Below, one piece after another: positions 1-11,548 of a DNA stretch of 64,000 nucleotides. The DNA is from Lama guanicoe. Its lineage: Eukaryota. Position numbers and translations under genes: made by a program. Each line of letters starts with the position of its first letter. Position 1 is the first letter of the stretch. The DNA lies in NCBI GenBank assembly GCA_013239625.1, contig MU053934.1:12497413-12561412 (forward strand), read 5' to 3'. Below the pieces are notes generated by a model. The model searched no databases. It saw only the letters and a list, made by a program, of their open reading frames with translations, and was not told where the DNA came from.

Positions 1-2539
1 CAAGGCCTTGGACCCTTCAGGCTCCCAGGGTGGGGCGGGGAGACAGCTGAGGCCATCCCAAACAGCCCCAACCTGCTCCAGAGGGAGGGCAGGAACATGG
101 GTGGGGAGAGTACATGGGGCCCAGGAATGTGGCCAGCTCAGCAAGTCAAGACTGAAAGAGGCCAGGCCATGGGATAGAAGGTCTTTTCCCCAGATATTGG
201 GGGGTGGAAAGTGTGCACTTACTACCTGGTCAGCTTGAACACATTTCCTGCCCCGAAAGACACACCCCAGTACTGGCCAGACTGTGTTAAATCAGCTGAC
301 CACCGTCCGGGCCCTCCTGGGCCAGGAATGGGGCACCGGTGGTCTCTCCAGCCCCCACTATGTCCCCAGAGCTGGGCCCCCTCCACTCACCAGGGCAGGA
401 GTCTGCACCCTCTGAGATGAATGAAGGGGTCCCACCAGCCACCCCTTGCCCTCCTGCCTGGAGCAGTCTGCCAGGTAGTAGCATGAAGCCAGAATGCTCC
501 CTCAGGCAGGACTCGGGCTCAGCACCCAGGCCCTGCATCCAGCAGCTCGGACGGGATGTCCAGATCCAGGCCAAGGACAAGACACCCCCTACTCTTACCC
601 TCTCCACCGAACCCAAAAGACCCTGTGTCTTGCCCCAATGTTCTAGGCCTGCCAGCACGTAGGGGGACCTCCACCTCCTGCTGAGGTGCCTGCAGGCGTC
701 CACACACCTGCTGCTCAGCATGAACAAGACACCCATCACTTCCCAGAGCCTCTCACACGAATGGTTTCACGTGTGTGTCCATCTTGTGCTCACAGGAGCC
801 TGGAAGGTCTGTGTGACTCATCCCATTCCCAGATGGGGAACTTGGGGTGCCGAGGGCCTAAAGACTGGCACAAGGTCACAGAGATATCAAATGGTGAAGC
901 AGGGACCCACCGACCCCCACTCTGCTTCAGACTTCCCCACCACCTCACTCTGCCCTGGGCCCCACAGTCAAAGTTCCAGCCTGTGGGCTTGTTCCTCACA
1001 GAGATGGACCAGTCCTACCAAGGGAGACCCTGAGGGTGGCCTGCCAGCAGCTGACCAGCTCCAACCCAAGAAGGCAGTGGTTAGGGGGCTCCACGGTCCT
1101 CCCACCCCTGTTGCAGTGGATGTCTTGAGACTTATTCCTTCTGGCCACTCCGGGTGAGCAGGCATTGTGGGCTCCAGCCTTCTCCCCTGTCCTGCTCAGA
1201 GTCCACACACACCTGGGGTGCCCAAGCCCGTGTGGCTCCAACCAGTTTGTCATGGAGCCCACCCATGACTCCTTCTGCCTCCCTGACGTTCCCTTCAGCT
1301 GCCACCACCATCAGCATGCCTCCTACCTGTCCTCTGCCTGCGGTCTCTGCCTCCTCAGCCCTCCCTACATCGTCAGCTGCCAAGCCCACTCTACTCATGC
1401 AGCCCCTACCCTGGCACCCAGCCCAGGGCCCTACCCTGGTGCAGCCCCCTGGCCATCCTTGTTTCCCTGGATCGCATGCAACGCTCTGCTCCAGATGACA
1501 GGCCCTCCTCACTGCCCCCTCCCCACAAGCCTTGAAGCAGATGGCTCTCTTTCTGGGCCTGAACAACACAGTGAACCTGACACGTGCAGACTGCAGGACG
1601 AGGACAACTGGTCCTTGCCCACAAGCACTCCCTTTCTGGAGGGAGAGACGTGCTCATGACCAAGGGCGACTGGATGGATATGCAGACAGGTGGAGCAGAG
1701 AGGAGGAGCGAGTGCTGAGTGGACAGGCACTGAGGAGCGTCTGGAAAGTGCAGGGTCCAGCAGGTGGAGGCTCAGCAAGAAGACAGGCAAAGAGGAGAGA
1801 AAATCCAGGTCCTGGATGGTGACAGTGGCTGCTGCGGTGACAAGAGGCAGGGTAGCTTGGGGTAGGCGCAGGGGGTGCTCAACCCCACCCTCAGGCTCAA
1901 GGTTCAGCCCCAGTCTGACCACACAGCCACCTCCACCACCCCCAATGACATGCACTGCCCTCTTGCCACTGGGATTTGAGCCCACAGCTTGGCTCTGGGT
2001 TAGCCAGGGTGCGTGTCCCAATCCCTCTGTGGGGTCTCAGACCAGGCACTCAAACTCCACCCTGACTCCACTCTACAGATGGGAGCAATAGGAGAGAAAC
2101 CTCGGTGGGCTGCTGAGAGGAAGTGAGATCACACACACACAGGGCTGTGCAGGGCCTGGCACACCAAGTGCGCTCCCCAGCGCCACTGTCTCCCGACTGC
2201 TGCTGATGTCATTGCCAGGCTGCTTTCTCCTACCCTCTGGGCTGAAGGGCTCTCAGACATAGGCGCTGACCCTAGACGGACCTCCTGGCCATCTGCACCA
2301 GGCACCACACTGATCCCCAACCCAGGGCTTGGCTTGCAGGCATGAAGATGCAGGCCTTCTGCCAGGAACCTTCTCTCTCCTCCCCACGGTTCCTCCTGAA
2401 GTCCTTCGAGTTCCAGCTCAGACACCACCTCTTCAAGAAGTAGTCCCTGAACCCCATTCCTCTTCTGCATCCCACCCAGCCTCCTGGACCAGACACGGCA
2501 TAGGGGCCGGAGGCTCCAGACCAGAGGCACTGGGGGTCA

Positions 2540-3620
2540 GAGGAGGGGCGTGCAAGTGAACGGTCCGTGCCCCCGGACGCAGAGCCGCCCGGCAGTCGGC
2601 CAAGGCGGAGAGAGCCCATCCCACCCAACTGGGAGTCAGGAGGCCGAGCCGCCCCAGGGCCCTCCCACCTCCCGGGCGACGCCGAGGCGCTGCCGGCCTG
2701 GTTCTGCCCTGAGAGAGGCGGGCAGGCTAGGCTCGGCCCGCCCAGTCTCATCGCGCTGCCCACCTTGGAGAGGCCGGCCCTCTGCGACCCCTGACCCCAG
2801 ACCCCGACCCAGCCCAGCCGGCAAGTGTCCGGCTGATCCTGGGGCAGCCCCGCCGCCGTGACCGACCCTTTCCGGCTCCCGACCCCCCGGCCCCGGTTCT
2901 CGGCCGCGCGCCGGCACTCACCGCGCGGGTGCGGCCCGAACGCCACCAGCACAAAGTAGTCCGCGAGCCGCGCCATGGCGAGGGGCGCGGGCGGGCTCCG
3001 CGGCTCGGGGACGCGAGGGCGGAGCGCTCATGGCCCGGCCTCGGCCCTGGCCCGCGCACCCCGGACGCCCCTGGCCCGCTCCGCGGCGGCGGCGGCCAGG
3101 GTTCCCGCCGCCATCTTCCCAGCCAGCCGGCCCGCCCGGCCGCGCCGTGCGCCTGCGCGATCTCGCCCCGCCCCCCCATGGGCGGGGCCTGTAACAGTGC
3201 GCCCCCATTGGTCCAGCGGGGCGGGCTCGGTACCCGGGGGCGGAGCTCTGCCTCACCGCCCCCTCACCGCCCCAGAGCGGTGACAGCGACGGCGGCTCCC
3301 GCGGGTCAGCGGCAGGAGCCGCCGGGGTCCGAGGGCGCCTCGCGGCGGTGGCTCCCGCGAGGGGCGGAGAAGGGTCCTGCCCTATCCCTGGGAGCTCTTA
3401 GTCTGGGATCGGGGCGGCTCCCGCGGCTCCCTTCCCCGGCGCTGTCAGTCTGGAGAAAGGCTGGAGCGCCCGGCCCTGCCCGCAGATCTCCCACGCTGGG
3501 GGAATACCCACCCAGGCCCTGCCCTTGGGGTTCCCAGCCTGAGGAGTGCTCGGGCCGCCCTTAGAAGCCCCATCTAAGAGGGGTGAAACGCTTAGCACAT
3601 GACCTTAAGAAAGGCGCGCT
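2540..3620. promoter_or_regulatory. CpG-island promoter of SBF1
   Basis: Very dense CpG, GC boxes (GGGCGGGG near 3180), CCAAT on minus near 3207-3211, YY1 motif AAGATGGCGGCG (minus, 3106-3117). Boundaries approximate. Confidence 0.85.
2922..2976 (-). CDS. SBF1: SET binding factor 1 (MTMR5), first coding exon only; gene continues leftward off the window
   Basis: ATG at 2976 in GCCATGG context encodes MARLADYFVLVAFGPHPR(G), the SBF1 N-terminus; 55-nt exon ends at a GTGAGT donor (2921-2916); lies in a CpG island. Confidence 0.95.
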
Positions 3621-6600
3621 GCACGGCCTGCTGTAAAGTCCAACGTTTTAGGCAGTGAGGGGTCTGGGGCCCAGGTTCGGTGCTTTGGAGAAGGCTACAC
3701 CACCCTCAGGGCAGGGGCCGGCCAGGGCCTCCCCCGCAGTGGTGCAGGGTTGGGCAAGGGGGACACAGTCTAGGGCAGGACATGCTAGGAGAGGAGCTGG
3801 GGAGGAAGAGGGGAGCCTCAGAGCTGTTCCACGGACATGCTGGGAGAGGGAATCAGGGTTGAGCTTGTTTTTAGATGAGGTTGGCTGCTGCAAGAACCTC
3901 CGAAGGAACAAACTGCTGACATCCATGTTCCACCCCTTGCAGGGGCCAGCCAGAGACGAGCTGAGGGAGGGGTCTGTAGGCCCAGGCACAGCCTCCTCTG
4001 CTTCTGTCGGGTCCTGGATACACAGTCTGAGAAACCCTCCTTTTTGCCCCTGCTGTCTTGAGTGGGTTTTAGTCATTTACACTGAAAAAGTTCTTCACCA
4101 CCACATTAGCACCCCACTCAGCTTGTGCATGAGCAGGCAGTGCCCTCGGCAAGTCCTCAGGCCTGACACCTGAGCCAGGACTGGCTCTCCCCCAGAGGGT
4201 ATGGGGACCCTGAACCCCACTCTCCCCTACCCTCATGCCCTTCTTGCAAGGAACTCATTCCTTGCAGCCCTTTCAGAGGCACCTTAGGGTCAAGGGTAAT
4301 TTTGGGGTTACTTCTAGACCATGATACCCCCATCAAGTTCCTTGCTATTGAGTTTCTTGCTCACCACACTGTCCGTGTCACCCTCAGAGGTGCTCACTCC
4401 TGCCTGCTTCCTCCCCTTCCCAGGGACTGAGCCTCCTCTCCGCCCAGCAGGGAGCGACTCTCTCCAGTCCTGTTCCCATCCTTTTACCTCCACCCAGCTT
4501 GGCTCCAATGTCAAAGCCATGGAGGGGAGGCCTAGTGTCATCACCACACCCCAAGCCTCTCCCTTCATGCTCACCTCCCCCTCCACAGCTACCACAGAGG
4601 CTCTACCCTCCTGCCCCCCTCCCCATAGCTGTTTTCTCTCAGTGTCCCAACTTCAACCCCTCCCTCTCTTGGATCCGTGCCATCAGGATGAAATTCAGTC
4701 TCTCCCACCTTAAAACACTCAAGCAAAACCTCCTGAGATGCTATCTGCCCAGCCAAGTGCCACCCTAGCTTTTCTTGCCCCGGAATTTCTCTTAAGCATT
4801 CCTCCAACGTCACCACCACCACCTGGCTTCCGTGGCCCAGTCCGCGTGCAGCAGGGGAAACTCTGGTTTACTTCTAGCGTGTTTCCATGGGTGAGTGGTA
4901 CCCTGGGAGCCAGCCCATCGCCCCCCAGAAGCAGCCCCTCCACTGAGGATAAATGAAGGAAGTCCTTGGATTTCCCTTCGGAGGGCACGTGGACAGTGAC
5001 AGACAACAACTGTCATGAGCTGTGCAGTGCAGGGGGCTGTGGGGTCACAGAGGGGTCCCTGATCCAAGCAGGAGGGATAGGGGTAAAATAAGCTACCAAG
5101 CTGAGGCCTGAGGACATCCTGTCTGTGGGCTGTTGGGGAGATGGGACCCCAGGCCCACGGCAGCAGCAAGCGTTTTGAGGCTTACCTCCACCTGTTGTAG
5201 AGACAGGCAATTTTGATTTATTTTTTGTTTACTAGAGGGGTGAGTAACATGATCACATGTGTTTTGGAAAGATGGTACTGGCAGAACTGTGGATGGCAGA
5301 TTGAAGGACGATGGGATGCTGGTGGGAGAAGCAGCAGCTGCGGAACTGGGTAGGCCCCTGTGATCCTTTGCGTGCCCCCCCCCCCGATTTGTGGCTTCGG
5401 AGCTGGAGTGCTGGGTCCCATCCCCTCTCTGTGTGTGATGCTTACCACCTCCTCCCCTCCTTGCCTCCCAGAGCCTTGCCATCTCTGAAACTCCCAAAAC
5501 CGTGTTCCAGGTCTGCCTTCTCTTCAGCTGCAGGCCCAGGACACTGGAGGCCAGCCAGACACCTCTGCCAGGATGTCCCCCAGGCAGCTCCCTGCATCAG
5601 TGAACAGAAGGGTTGACGCTCTCCATCTGCCCCTCTGCTGTGCTGTTTCTCTGACCCATCCACTCTGTCCCGCCCCCTGCCCCCACACCCTTCCTGCCAG
5701 CCCTCCAGCACCCACCTCCCCTGCTGAACTTCACTTCTCTAATGTAAATGTGATCACATCACCCACTCTTGTCCCTGGTGAAAATAAACAAATAGAAACT
5801 CAAGTACCTGCTGATGCTTCCCTGCCTTTTTCAAGATGTAAGTCAAGCTCTTTAATATGGCCTGTGTTCAACACTTGTGGGTTTATTCATCCAGCAAATG
5901 TCTATTGAGGTTCTGTGACCTGTGCGGCAGGAGGGACGGAGACTGACCAGGTCATTGATGATGACCCGACAGAGGGAACAAGCCTGGGGCAGGGTAAGGC
6001 AGAAGAGGAAACACAGATGGACCTAGAGATGCTCAGATGATCACAGAAGTGTCTGTAAGGGGGTGATGAGATAATTGTTTCCGCTGACACTGAGTCCACA
6101 ATCAGTTGACAGTTCATCAGCTTTGTGGGGAGCAGTTTGCTCCAACTGGTAACACAAACAGAGGCTCACCTTCGGCCAGAATTTCCGCTTCTGGGAAAGC
6201 ATCCTATACAGACTCATCTATGAGCTTACACTGACGGGTTCTTGCTCTTGGAAAGCCTGGAAATCATCTGCTTGCTCACTAATAAAGATCAGCTAATTAA
6301 GTCACAGGACACCTACATGTTGGTGTAGGGCCAGCCATAAGAATGGCGGTCTCTTAAGTTCACACATGTTTTTACTGATACACGCATATATGTGAGTACC
6401 AAATATACACGGAGGACGGAGGACGCCCTCTCAACCACACACACACTAGTGCACCCAAGAGAAACGGGGCGCCAGCCTGGACTTGAGAGAGGAATTCACA
6501 GTGGGGGGCTGTGAGGGGTTCTCAGTTCTTATTTAAATTTCTTGTAAAAACCACTTAATACTTCAGTAATGGGGAGAAAAGGCAGAATTTTTATGAATAC

Positions 6601-6829
6601 ATCTGCTAGGGGGAGAGGTCTCAAAATGGCCTCTGGCCAGCCACGCCCCCACCCCCCAGTCCAGGCAGGCACTGAGGGGTGAGACGCTCAGGGACTAGCT
6701 GGTGCAGAGGTGGTGGGTGTGGTTGACCCCACCCCCAGCACTCACTACTTCAGCCTGGAAGTTTTGGCCCCTCCAGGCTCCGGGACAGTGTTCCCCACCA
6801 GAAGGAGCAGAGGCAAGGCTGGCATCTCA

Positions 6830-7380
6830 GGGCCTCCGGCCTGCCGCCCAGCGGGGAAGGGCCCCTCCGCCCACGCTCCCTTCCCTGCACGCACAGAGCT
6901 GGCAGCAGGGCCGTAGCCCACCCCGCGGCCCGCCCTCTGAGTCGGGGTCCGGGGAGGGCGCCCCGCCCAGCCGGCGCGTCTAGCTCCGCCTCCCTGGAAG
7001 ACTATTTAGCCCCGGAGGTGCCCGGGTTCCGGCCCCAGCAGGACCCCGACGGACAGCCGATGAGGAAGTCCCCGCTCCACCAGTAAGAACGCCCGCCGAA
7101 TTCGCACCCGAGACCCTCGCCAACGAACCAGGCTCCAGCCCGCACGCCCGAGCGCTGAGGTCGCCCCTAGGAGGAGGTGGCTCAGCCTAGGGCGCCCCGA
7201 CACCTGCCCAGCTCACTGCCTCCCGCAACCCCGCCCACCATGGCCTGGCACCTGACGGTCACCCTCGGTTGCATCAGCTTCCTCTACCTGCAGTTCCCAG
7301 GCACACTGTCCCTCGGCCTGGGCGGGAGCCGGCTGCCGGCGCGACCCAGGTGAGCCGGGCTCAGATCAGCCTGACCCCTG
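6830..7380. promoter_or_regulatory. CpG-rich promoter/5' region of ADM2
   Basis: CpG-dense segment with GC boxes and a TATA-like TATTTA near 7003, upstream of the ADM2 ATG at 7240. Confidence 0.65.
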
Positions 7381-8282
7381 GTCCACGTGGCAGGAAACCC
7401 TCCCTCTCCCCAGTCCCCCCAGCCCCTTCTTGGGGAAACTCACCACCTGCTGCTAGGGCTTACCCCTCTAAACCCAGGGCCAGCCCCCATGCCTTAAGCA
7501 ACCCATGAGCAGGGCCAGAGGCTCCTCTTTCTTTGCCTCCCCTCCTGAGGCATGCCCACTCCCCTACTCAGAGTAGCCCCCTCAAAAGAAAAGGTCAGCT
7601 ATGGGAGGGGAGGCTGGAGGGGTCCCCAGGCCTGCCCATCTCCCACCACCCCACAGGACTGAGGGAAGTCACTTGAGTCCTGAGCATAAGGACCTACTGA
7701 GGCCAGAGCTGCCCCTTGCCCAGGGAGGCAGAGGTGAATGGACATGTGACCTAGGCCGCAGGTCCTGAGCTCAGTGGGCTCCCCCTGGCCTGCTGAGTAA
7801 TGTGGGGGCTGTGGGCTTCCCCTGGCGCTGCTCCAGGCTGTTGGGGAAGATGTGGGTTTCCCCTACCAGTGACCCCAGGCCTGTGTGGGAGGAAAAGTGG
7901 GTGGATTTATGGGCCTGTGAAAGGCTGGGCCATCAGGTTTACTTCCTTCATCTCCCTCTGCAGGGAGCCCCCAGCCCGGACTTCTTCCAGTGGCTTGCAG
8001 CCCCGTTACCCTGGAACCCGGCCTGTGGTCTGGAAGTTGCACCGGGCCCTCCAGCCACAGAAGAGTGCCAGCCTGGCCCCTGCTATGGGTCAAGCTCTCC
8101 GGAATGGCCCTCGCCGACACTTGGGTGCCCACAGGCCCCGAGCCCAGCTCCTGCGTGTGGGCTGTGTGCTGGGCACCTGCCAAGTGCAGAATCTCAGTCA
8201 CCGCCTGTGGCAGCTTGTCAGGTCTGCTGGCCTGCAGGACTCCCCCCCTGTGGACCCTAGCAGTCCCCACAGCTATGGCTGA
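7240..8282 (+). CDS. ADM2: Adrenomedullin 2 / intermedin precursor, 142 aa
   Basis: Coding exons 7240-7349 (signal peptide MAWHLTVTLGCISFLYLQFPG..., GTGAG donor) and 7964-8282; 429 nt in frame; mature peptide AQLLRVGCVLGTCQVQNLSHRLWQL...DPSSPHSY-G with disulfide ring and amidation Gly. First downstream AATAAA that I saw is at 10388-10393. Confidence 0.97.
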
Positions 8283-11200
8283 GGTGGGGCAGGCCATACC
8301 CCGGCCTGCCCCGGCTGGGATGCTGCACCCAATCCCAGAACTGCAGCTCAGCCCCCAGCCCAGAACCAGCCCTCAGAGCACCTGGAAACAGCAGTAACTA
8401 GAACATTGTACAGGCAGGTCCCTGAGGACACCCCCATCCCACCCCACCCCACATCTACCAGGTTCTGCAACAGGCAACCTTGAATGGCTCTGGACACAGA
8501 AACCCATGCACATGTGTGGACCTAGGCAGTCTGCATACCCAGGGGGTCTGGACCCTTGGGGTATAACACTCAGGGGACAGGGCCAAGCAGAGGCAGCCAG
8601 CAGCATTAGAAGCCAAAAAGGGCTTGAGAGGGGAGGTGTCTGTGCAAGGATGTAGAGCACAAGCCTGGGGCTTGAACCCCTGGGGGCATGTCCGGGGAAG
8701 CAGGAGAGAAGGGGTGAGTTGGCCTGGCATGGCCTCTTCACTGCTGGTCCTAACATCAAAGGGTTAAAGCTGAGCTGCCCTGCTCCCTCTGGGCCCAAGG
8801 TCACAATGGTGACCCCTGCCTGGGTCCCCTGTGGGGTTCAAGAGGTGTTCTGGGCCAAGGCAGGGCTGGGGTAGGGGGGAAATCTCCCAGCCCAAGTAGG
8901 TCAGTTAAATCAGGTCCATCACCACCTCGAGGGGGTGGAGGCTCCACAGGCTCCCTGAGCCCCATCCTGCCCTGCGTGGGACTCCGTGGGACCAGGTGTG
9001 GGAACGACAGAGCAGAAGACTAAGCAGGTTTGCCAGGAGCCTGTGCAGTGGGGACTGGCCTCAAACCATCAGAAGGATGGGCAACCAACAGTCCACAGCC
9101 AGTAGGCAGAGTTCTCAGGGTGTGTCTGCCCTAGGGGAGGCTTTTCTGTGCGGTGATACCCGAGCCTCTGCTGGTCCTGCAGTACTGGCACCCCACACCG
9201 CATGGGCCTGGCCCAGGTGCAGAGAGGTGATTATTTAACCAACATTCATGCAGCACTGAATGAGTCGGCCTCTCAGCCGCCCTGTGCGGAGGGCACTGTC
9301 CTTACTCCAACTCTGGAGGCAGATGCTGCAGCCACAGAGGTCAGGGCTGTGCCTATGGTCACTACCATGCCCACCCACAGAGCCCACGCTCTGTACCACT
9401 AGCAGGCCTGCCCCTCAGACCCCCGAAGCCCCCCAGGGGGGGAGGCTCCTGGAAGCACCCATCCGGGCGTCCACCCTTGTATTTGCTCTTCCAGCTCAGG
9501 GATCAGCTGGCCAGGTAAAGGCATCTCCCCTCCACTAGGCCCCGTGGGAGCTGTTCAGGCTGGTCCCTGCCCTATTGGAGGCCTCCGTGCACAGGGAGTT
9601 GAACTGAGGACTGCAGGGGTCCCCAGGGGAAGGCACTGAGAGTGCCCAGGTCCTGAGTGCACAGGAGGTATGTGTGTACCTGGGGAGCTGGAACGGGCAT
9701 GTGTTAGTAGGGGCTAGAGAGGCCAGCAGGCTGGGCCTTCAAGCCATGTGCCTGTGTGAGGGATGTCAGTAGAGGCAGTCAGGGAGGGTAGGCAATGAGC
9801 AGGGCAAGGGGGACTGGGGACCAAGGAGGAGGAGGGCTCCAGGAGAGTCGGAGCTCAGCTCTGCCAAGACCCTCCCAGACTCCGGCCCCGGGGCAAAGTC
9901 CTCTGAGGTCTGGTCCTCCACACAGGATGCTCCCTCTGCCAGGAACACTGCTCCGCACGGCAGGCACTCTCCACGTGGCAGCACAGGCTGCCGGACCCAG
10001 GACTGCACTGCCCGGTCCCCTCGCTGAGATGCTCTCTGAGCCTTGGGCCATCTTTCCTTACAGTCACCTGCCATGGTCACAGCACTGCACCTGGTGTCCA
10101 CATAATCCCTGAGCTCCAGGCTGAGTCCAAGCTGCCCACCTCACACCCCACTTGCAGGTCTGGTGGCAGCCCCCCAACTCCTCCCCCACCCCGCTACCCT
10201 CCCATTGTTCCTGCTCCTGCCAGAACCTCCTCTTCCTCCTCACCCCATCTCTCGCATCTGGATCCTGTGAGCCGGCTGTTCGCTCCTCCTCTTGGTCCAA
10301 GCCACCACTTGCTTTGGGGTGATGGTTCCTGCCTGCTCCCTAGAGACCCCGCTCCATCCCTGCAGCAACATCAGAGGCATAACACTGAATAAAATACATC
10401 CCTCCCCACCCCAGGGGCTGACATTCCAGTGGGAGGGGGCAAAAGGAAACCAACCTCAGAGTAAAGTGAATAAGGGGTGCACAACACGTGGGAAGCAGCT
10501 GATGCTATGGGCTCACAGGGGCCAGGAGCCCTTGGCCATTTCAAGTGGGGGACCCCAGCACCCCCCATCTCCCGCCACCAGTTATTCTCAGTGCAGGCAG
10601 GAGGAGCCTTGTGGGGAACCCAACACCTCGCCCCTTGCCCACTGCCCTCTCCCACCCCAGCCTTTCCCTGGAGCCCAGGCCTCTTCCCAGTGAGACGAGA
10701 GCTTCAGCTCCAGGCAGGCACGTCGTCAGTGTGGTCCCTGCCGCTTCCCCACTGCCCTGACCTGGCTGCTCCTGACCCTGCTATGCATTCACCTCTGCCC
10801 TCACTCCAGGAGCCCAACAAAGACCACTCCCACCCGCCGACCAGACTTCAGGCGGCCTCCTCTGAGCCTGCTGCTCCTGAGTCCTGCCCCAGACAAGTGG
10901 GAACCCCACCCTTGATCTCACCACCTGGGCTGCCTTCGGGCAGAATCCTGCCAGGTTGGCTTAACAAGAGTCCCTACGCTGGATGTCTCCTCTATCAATT
11001 CTCCGTCCTGACACCCCACCCCTGCGCCTTGCTCGGTGCCTGTAAATCCCCAGCTGTCTTTGCCGTGCTCAGAGTGGAGCCTGACCTCTCCCCTCCAGCT
11101 AGTCTTGAATATAGTCTTCCGTCCCATTTTAACAAGTGTCAGAATGATTTTCCTGAAACAAGCCCCGCTCAGACCCGCATCCCAGGTGCTGTGGGTGATA

Positions 11201-11468
11201 GGGTGGGCCTGGGGTCCGCACCACCTATGGAGGGGCCCACTGCGGGCATGGAGCGGTTTAAAGCTTACGGGGCAAGAGTGGGAGTCTGGCTACAGGGCGG
11301 CCTCGACCTCCCAGTCAGGTCAGTTGTCCAGAGGCTGAGGTCAGGGAGGGGGGCTTGGCCACTGGGGCTGCCCCTACACTGACACATTAACTCGCTGAGC
11401 CAGGAGGAGGGTGGATGGTCACTCATTACCAAGGGCCAAGGCCAAGGGGCTGGGTGGTGTCCGGTCAC

Positions 11469-11493
11469 TTATGTAACCTGTGGGCATATATAG
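11469..11493 (+). promoter_or_regulatory. MIOX core promoter: D-box TTATGTAA (11469-11476) and TATA box TATATAG (11487-11493)
   Basis: Motifs read directly 56-80 nt upstream of the MIOX ATG. Confidence 0.65.
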
Positions 11494-11548
11494 GGGCACG
11501 CGAGCCTGTGGAAGTCCTGCCCACTCACCAGCTCTGCCCTGTCCCAGG

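Noticed and set aside
7800..7963. Single-exon 160-aa ADM2 from ATG 7800
   Set aside because: N-terminus is intronic and lacks a signal peptide; the 7240-7349 exon supplies the canonical one.
10477..11382. 301-aa ORF between ADM2 and MIOX
   Set aside because: Non-ATG start, no recognisable homology, composition typical of GC-rich non-coding DNA.
10700..11480. TonEBP/NFAT5 osmotic elements upstream of MIOX as a desert adaptation
   Set aside because: I found no convincing TGGAAANNYNY match in the proximal region by eye.
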